Source of the DNA: a virus
Lineage: Duplodnaviria; Caudoviricetes
Length of the DNA: 50,081 nt
IMG/VR virus record: IMGVR_UViG_3300017971_000082
Span: 1 to 50,081 of that record
Strand: one strand, 5' to 3'
The translations under genes and the position numbers were made by a program. Positions 44,711 to 50,081 of this stretch are shown piece by piece; position 1 is the first letter of the stretch; the number at the start of each line of letters is the position of its first letter. The notes under the pieces were generated by a model that saw only the letters and a program-made list of their open reading frames with translations, made no database searches and was not told the DNA's origin.

Positions 44711-47700
44711 ATGGCGACCACGATCATCATCGACGTTCCGCTGGACGAGGGCAAAGACGCCCTGCTCAGCGCGACATCCGACCTGGGGACTCCGGGCTCC
44801 CCGGTGCTGCGGGCGTCTCGTCCGATCTCCATCCACCACGGCATGGGGAAGGGCGAGCGGAACTGGCAGTTCGCGAATTTCCGCAATCGACTCTACGTCA
44901 CCAACAACGAGAGTCGGCCCAGGGTGTGGGACGGGGACGTAGCCTCCAAGTCGTCCCTGTCTCCACCTAGCGGTACGATGCGCACCAGCGTCGAGCGGAA
45001 GAAGGTGCGGGTCAGTGACGAGGGAGCGGCATACCCGGATGTGATCTTCGGACCCGTCGCTCCAGCCGGCAGCGGAGTATGCCGTCTGACATCTGCCGGG
45101 GCACCGTTCGAGCAGATAACGGTCCTCGATTCGTGCTGGACGCCCACAGCATCGGATGTTGGCAAGATCATCGTCATCCCGACATGCCGCGTCTTTGGAG
45201 ACCTTGGGGCTCCAGTGACAGATGGTCCTAGCTACATCGGACAGATCAAGGACGTGCAGTCGGCAACGGTCTTCACGGTGGATCCGCCCTATGATGGGAC
45301 CGTGCAGTCTCCTCCCGTTGCGACCGATGTGGTCTTCATGGTCTTCGATGCCGAAGACATCGACGATATCGCAGAGAGTACGCCATACGGCGATCGGAGG
45401 CTTATACCATCCGGCGCGAATGAGCCCTGGGATACCGCGTCAGATGGAGACTGGAATTGCTCTCCAGGAAAGTCGAACAAGTACAGCCTGGGCTTCGCTG
45501 GATCACACGGGCTTGTCGTCGATGGCATCCAGTTCAAGGATCTATCGGACGAAGAGCTGAAGATCGGCCCGGACACGGTGATCGATTTCAAGTGCTACCT
45601 GCGCGCCGAGCGTCTTGAGACGGGGCTCGGTGGCAGGATCACACTCTGGGAGCGGCGGAACGATCCGGACACTGGCTCATGGGAGCTTGCGATCGTCGAG
45701 AACGGGAAGGTCCGCTTCCGGTTCTACGACACGAAGAAGGAGGACTGGCGGTCGATCCAGACCTGCGGTCGCGTGCTCACGACGGGCGAATGGTACTACT
45801 TCCGCTTTCGCTACAAGTACAAGCGCAGCGGCGGGTGGGAGCCGGACGATCGCTGGATGCAGCGGCAATCAACGTCGCCACCGATCCTTGGGCGCTACCG
45901 AGACAGTCTTGCTGCGTGGGCTTGCGAGGGGAAAAACCCTGCAGATCCGCTCCTCGTCGTTCCAGGGTGCCACAACTCGTTCGACCTGAACCAGGGGCTG
46001 AGCGATGCGAACATGCGCGTCAACAAGTCGCACAACCCAGAAGGAACAGCATATCTGAAGTCGAGCCCGTGGATCGGTCCAAGGTACGGGTCGAATAGGT
46101 TCTACTGGCCAGTCGGCTGGCAAGACCAGCCGTCCGTTGCGTACAACCTCCGGTTCGACTCGACTGCAGCAGGGAACGCAGCCGGGCCTGATGTCGGACA
46201 TCAGATCTTCGCCTGCACGATGCGGCTTGCTGGGAACAACGGACCGAATATCACGCTTCCGAGATGGTTCTCGCGCAATCGTGACATCGGGATCCCGACC
46301 CAGGCGGTCGATGGGGAGATCTGCGATAACGACATCGGCGGAACAGGTACGAACTACTACCCCGCTGCCGATCGTGCCGCTGGCCACCTTGCTGCAGGTA
46401 TTCAGAGAGGCGCCGAGCGCGCTGTCCTCTGCTACGTCTATGGAAGGGATGGCCAGGCAGAAAGGTTCGCGAGCCAAAGGATCCTCGCTGTTCGCGACAT
46501 CGACAACTACGACATCGGGAACTCTGACAATGCAGACGTTGGATCGGAAAGCTGCCAGCTGTACCTGACGGATGACCCTGCGCTTGGAGCGGATGGCCTG
46601 GGCACGATCAATATCACGACCTTCCCGGCCGATTACGTCGTGGCATTCTGCCTACCGAATGGAGAGAACCACTCGGAAAACGCGACCGGGAACAAGACAC
46701 CTCTGCCGACCCTGATGGTGCAGGGAGAGAACCCTGTCGGGTCCGATGATAGCCCGGACGATGCCGATGCTCCGATCCGGATGTTCGGCTCCGCTGGATC
46801 CGACAAGCCCGAGAACGCAGCCCTGGGCTTCGATGGTCAGTTCGACGATGTGGGCTTCAAGGTGTCCGAGGTTTCCGCGATCTCGAATACCGACGAGTAC
46901 ACCCCGGACATGATGATGCCGGACCCGCTATTCTCCGGTCCGGTGGACACGCGCATTTTCTCGCTGCCTCCCCTGCAGTTCGATACGAGCGCCACATCCC
47001 AGCCGTTCCCGCAGGACGACTACGACATCATCCCCGCAGGATCAGGAGCCGGTGATCCGGACTGGTGCTCCAGGCTGGACGAGCCGACGACAGGACCGGA
47101 CATCGACGCAGAGATCGGAGACATGGCGGCCTCTGTCGTGCAAGACGGCTACAAGGTCCCGAGGCGCGGAAAGCATCTGATGGCTGTGACCTTCTACGAT
47201 CCGGATCAGGACGTGGAGAGCCCGCCGAGCGAGATCGCCGAGCTGCTGGTCGAGGCCGAGGAGGGCGCAGACGGGACCCCGGACCCGATGGACGCCTCCT
47301 TTCGACTGGTGGCAGACATCGTTCCTCTGTGCGGCGACCGGGACCGGCCGAGGCTCTGGCGAAGGATCTACCAGTCTCTCGCCGGCGGGAGCGTGCTCTT
47401 CCTCTCGGCTGAGCTGAAGGACAACCGAACATCCCAGGTGGACGTGAACCCCTCTCTGACCTGGTTGCCGTTCCAGCCGACGCTGGACTGGCTCCGGGCG
47501 GAACCCCCGGTGTGCCGATCGATGATCGCGACCGAGGGCCGGATGATCTACGGGGGCTTGCGCGAGGCTCCCCAGGCGATCGCGTGGTCAGATGGGTTCA
47601 AGCCCTGGAGTGTGCTGCGGACGAGCCGGGAGGTGTGCGAGAGTCGCGATGGCTCCCCGGTGACCGCGCTAGGCTACCTGCTGGGGCGCACGTTCGTCTT

Positions 47701-48823
47701 CCAGCGGGATGCGACGTTCTCCCTGGACTTCGCCCTGGTGGGCGTCCGGGAAGCCGCCAGGCTGCGTAGGATCCAGAGCAACACCGGAGCGGTCGGCCCG
47801 ACTGCGGTGGTGGAGTTCGACGATGCCCTCTTCTTCCGTGCGGAGAAGGGGATCTACATGGTGGACACTTCGCTCCGGTCGGTCTACGTGAGCCCGATGA
47901 TGGAGGGGGCCTTCCGCGACCTGGATGCGGAGGCCCTCTCCTCCATCGCTGGGTGCTACGACCGCAGCCGAAACCAGGTGCTCTTCACGTCGCAGGAGTC
48001 GGCTCTCAGCTTCCCGAAGAGGATCTACACCTTCGAGGTGACGGACACGCCGTACTCCCGCCAGCAGATCCCGGTGGGCTCCCTGCTCTCGCACCAGGAG
48101 GGGATCACGGCCCTGCTCTCCGGGGACGACCCGGGAACGGAGCAGCAGCAGGTCTATGCCGGGACGATGCAGGGCTTCGTGACCAAGCTGGACCAGGAGG
48201 GAGCGATCCGATGCGGGGAGAGCGGGTTCGGGGATCAGACGGCCTCTGTGATCGGTGTTTCTGGGGCTCAGGTGGTGATCCAGAAGACCGGCAGCCTCTC
48301 TCTCGATCCAACCGGGGATGGCATCGTCGGAATGCCGGTGCTGTTCACGCGGGACACGACGCTCACCCTGGCGGACGGGACGACGGAGACGGTGGAGCGC
48401 CCGGTTGCCGAGGGAACAGTGGTCCGTGTGGAGACGGTCTCGGGGACGCAGGCCCGCCTGTACCTGGCGGAAGCGGCCAGCGGACTGGTTGCGACCGATG
48501 GGGTCTACCTGGGGGGCTGGGTTCGTAGGTGGCAGTCGAAGATCTTCGGGATGGAGAAGTTCGTTCGCACGCAGCGATCGCATCTCCTGGATCTGTTCTT
48601 CGACGAGGAGATCGGCGGCTACATCCAGCTGGCGATCTACCTGGACCGGGCCAGCACGCCGAACGACATCTCGCTGGTCGAGATGGACGACGGCGAGCGC
48701 CTGATGAGCACGCCGTACCGCTCGGTCTTCTTCCAGTTCGAGGTGTCCAGACACGGGCACCTGGTTCCGCTCCACATCCACCTGCTCGGTTACCGGGCTC
48801 TGCTGGAGACTCAGCATGGTTGA
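44711..48823 (+). CDS. Tail nozzle/stabilisation protein, C-terminal part (beta-propeller-like)
   Basis: FANFRNRLYVTN, FYDP..ESPPS, RRIYQS, IAWSD..P, VTAL...FVFQRD, GAVGP..VVEFDDALFF..KGIY; LamG-like insert. Confidence 0.65.
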   Translation: MATTIIIDVPLDEGKDALLSATSDLGTPGSPVLRASRPISIHHGMGKGERNWQFANFRNRLYVTNNESRPRVWDGDVASKSSLSPPSGTMRTSVERKKVRVSDEGAAYPDVIFGPVAPAGSGVCRLTSAGAPFEQITVLDSCWTPTASDVGKIIVIPTCRVFGDLGAPVTDGPSYIGQIKDVQSATVFTVDPPYDGTVQSPPVATDVVFMVFDAEDIDDIAESTPYGDRRLIPSGANEPWDTASDGDWNCSPGKSNKYSLGFAGSHGLVVDGIQFKDLSDEELKIGPDTVIDFKCYLRAERLETGLGGRITLWERRNDPDTGSWELAIVENGKVRFRFYDTKKEDWRSIQTCGRVLTTGEWYYFRFRYKYKRSGGWEPDDRWMQRQSTSPPILGRYRDSLAAWACEGKNPADPLLVVPGCHNSFDLNQGLSDANMRVNKSHNPEGTAYLKSSPWIGPRYGSNRFYWPVGWQDQPSVAYNLRFDSTAAGNAAGPDVGHQIFACTMRLAGNNGPNITLPRWFSRNRDIGIPTQAVDGEICDNDIGGTGTNYYPAADRAAGHLAAGIQRGAERAVLCYVYGRDGQAERFASQRILAVRDIDNYDIGNSDNADVGSESCQLYLTDDPALGADGLGTINITTFPADYVVAFCLPNGENHSENATGNKTPLPTLMVQGENPVGSDDSPDDADAPIRMFGSAGSDKPENAALGFDGQFDDVGFKVSEVSAISNTDEYTPDMMMPDPLFSGPVDTRIFSLPPLQFDTSATSQPFPQDDYDIIPAGSGAGDPDWCSRLDEPTTGPDIDAEIGDMAASVVQDGYKVPRRGKHLMAVTFYDPDQDVESPPSEIAELLVEAEEGADGTPDPMDASFRLVADIVPLCGDRDRPRLWRRIYQSLAGGSVLFLSAELKDNRTSQVDVNPSLTWLPFQPTLDWLRAEPPVCRSMIATEGRMIYGGLREAPQAIAWSDGFKPWSVLRTSREVCESRDGSPVTALGYLLGRTFVFQRDATFSLDFALVGVREAARLRRIQSNTGAVGPTAVVEFDDALFFRAEKGIYMVDTSLRSVYVSPMMEGAFRDLDAEALSSIAGCYDRSRNQVLFTSQESALSFPKRIYTFEVTDTPYSRQQIPVGSLLSHQEGITALLSGDDPGTEQQQVYAGTMQGFVTKLDQEGAIRCGESGFGDQTASVIGVSGAQVVIQKTGSLSLDPTGDGIVGMPVLFTRDTTLTLADGTTETVERPVAEGTVVRVETVSGTQARLYLAEAASGLVATDGVYLGGWVRRWQSKIFGMEKFVRTQRSHLLDLFFDEEIGGYIQLAIYLDRASTPNDISLVEMDDGERLMSTPYRSVFFQFEVSRHGHLVPLHIHLLGYRALLETQHG

Positions 48824-49007
48824 TGATGTGGGTGGCGGCAGAGCACCGATCTACAACCCTGGCGTGGAATCGGATCGGCAGCGAGAGGCGATTGAAGCCC
48901 TGGACGCAAAGATTCAGGGTGAGATTGATGATCTGCGAAAGAGCCTTTCTACCGATTCGACCCAAGACGAGATCGACTGGCTCCTGTGGATGAGGCGATT
49001 CGCATGA
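48816..49007 (+). CDS. Small hypothetical tail-region protein
   Basis: GGAG RBS; overlaps both neighbours. Confidence 0.6.
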   Translation: MVDDVGGGRAPIYNPGVESDRQREAIEALDAKIQGEIDDLRKSLSTDSTQDEIDWLLWMRRFA

Positions 49008-49348
49008 GACGCATGGTCATCGCTCAGCTGAGCCGCCTGAAGAACGAGAACCCGATGACGGTACCCGACACATGGGAGAAGGTCCATCTCGTCCCAAGCG
49101 ACTCAAGAGTTCTATGGGATGAGGTGGAGCTGCTCGTCGGGAGTTCCAGCTCGACTACCAACTACTACGTCGAGCTGAGGATCAACAGCTCCACGACCCC
49201 TATGCGAATGGAGGTGATCAGGAACGAGGGGTATCACCGCGTCCTGGCACAAGCTGTGTTCTTCCCAGGAGACACGATCGAGATCAAGGCCGATGTGGCT
49301 GGGCATCTCGTCGCGCATGGTCACGTCCAGAGAGCACTGAGAGAGTAG
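49004..49348 (+). CDS. Small beta-rich tail-region protein
   Basis: ATGA coupling; FFPGDTIEIKAD. Confidence 0.65.
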   Translation: MRRMVIAQLSRLKNENPMTVPDTWEKVHLVPSDSRVLWDEVELLVGSSSSTTNYYVELRINSSTTPMRMEVIRNEGYHRVLAQAVFFPGDTIEIKADVAGHLVAHGHVQRALRE

Positions 49349-49349
49349 T

Positions 49350-50081
49350 ATGTGGAAGCGCCAACCAGGGCCATTGCAGCTCAGGCGGGCCGTTCCTGGC
49401 ATGGATCTTCCGCCAGGCGGTTCGGCATACTCGGTTTTGAGAAAGGCTTCCGATGCGGACTACGATGCCGAGTGGAAAGATCTCCACCTGAACACTGACG
49501 GGACGAACCTGCTCGTTCATTCTGGCATCTCGCTCGGCGACACCCCCGAGTTCCGTGTCTACGGCTGGGAGGTAACCGATGCCAAGCGCTACTTCTCCAT
49601 CGCGGTAGGCAGCGCCGGCCCGGAGACGGTCGAGTTCACGCTGGACGGGGTGCGGGCGGGGCTGATTGACTATGCAACGTATTCGTATTCCTTTGGCGAA
49701 AACGCCCTCAACTCGAACACGGGTCAGCGCAACAACGCCTTCGGGTATCAGGCCCTCTACTCGAACACGACGGCATTCTACAACAGCGCATTTGGGTATC
49801 AGGCCCTCTACTTCAACACGGGCGCGTCCAACAGCGCATTCGGGCATGCTGCCCTCCGCTCGAACACCACGGGCGAGTACAACAACGCCTTCGGTCATTA
49901 CGCCCTCTACTCGAACACTACGGCATCCTACAATAACGCCTTCGGGTATTACGCCCTCTTCTCGAACGATACGGGTCAATACAACAGCGCCTTTGGGTAT
50001 GCTGCCCTCCGCTCAAACACTACGGCCTCGTCCAACAGCGCATTCGGTCATTTGGCGCTCTACTCGAACACCACGGGCGCG
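49350..50081 (+). CDS. 5' part of the repeat tail fibre gene, running through the junction (missed by the ORF track)
   Basis: ATG at 49350 (MWKRQPGPLQLRRAVPG...PPGGSAYSVLRKASDADYDAEW), open to the window end and in frame with 3-1181. Confidence 0.8.
   Translation, partial: MWKRQPGPLQLRRAVPGMDLPPGGSAYSVLRKASDADYDAEWKDLHLNTDGTNLLVHSGISLGDTPEFRVYGWEVTDAKRYFSIAVGSAGPETVEFTLDGVRAGLIDYATYSYSFGENALNSNTGQRNNAFGYQALYSNTTAFYNSAFGYQALYFNTGASNSAFGHAALRSNTTGEYNNAFGHYALYSNTTASYNNAFGYYALFSNDTGQYNSAFGYAALRSNTTASSNSAFGHLALYSNTTGA
49963..50081. repeat. Terminal direct repeat copy
   Basis: Identical to 1-119. Confidence 0.93.

Noticed and set aside
3262-48580. About a dozen GCGATCGC (HIP1) octamers suggesting a cyanobacterial host
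   Set aside because: Mostly explained by GCG-ATC-GC codon runs in GC-rich genes, and no cyanophage marker genes were seen.
2572-48817. Long antisense and alternative-frame ORFs (e.g. 2572-4470, 9919-11682, 26949-28898, 40692-42917)
   Set aside because: These are shadow ORFs expected from high GC3. They overlap well-supported genes and have R/P/G/H-biased compositions.

Overview
The window appears to be a complete, circular, GC-rich tailed-phage genome of 49,962 bp plus a 119-bp terminal overlap (1-119 = 49963-50081). Its architecture is podovirus-like. The + strand late arm (23805 through the junction to 12228) carries a PC4-like protein, TerS, a TerL split into separate ATPase and nuclease genes, portal, scaffold, major capsid protein and three paralogous post-capsid proteins. 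It continues with a holin-like protein, an adaptor, a tail nozzle apparently split in two and loaded with LamG-like inserts, a 17-aa-repeat fibre, and three ejection-type proteins (258, 886 and 2342 aa). The - strand arm (23765 to 12209) carries small Zn-finger and unknown proteins, a DUF932-like protein, a Cas4-like exonuclease, a Rad52/Sak annealase, a resolvase-like nuclease, an XRE HTH and a lipoprotein. I recognised no integrase, DNA polymerase, primase, helicase, endolysin, reverse transcriptase, tRNA or CRISPR array. The most notable observations are: the interrupted terminase; a roughly 55-aa module reused about nine times, sometimes nested, across four virion proteins; a structured 182-nt leader; a shared TTGCCA-N17 promoter motif; and a palindrome-rich non-coding region near 20.2 kb. 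All calls come from reading motifs by eye, and no database searches were run.
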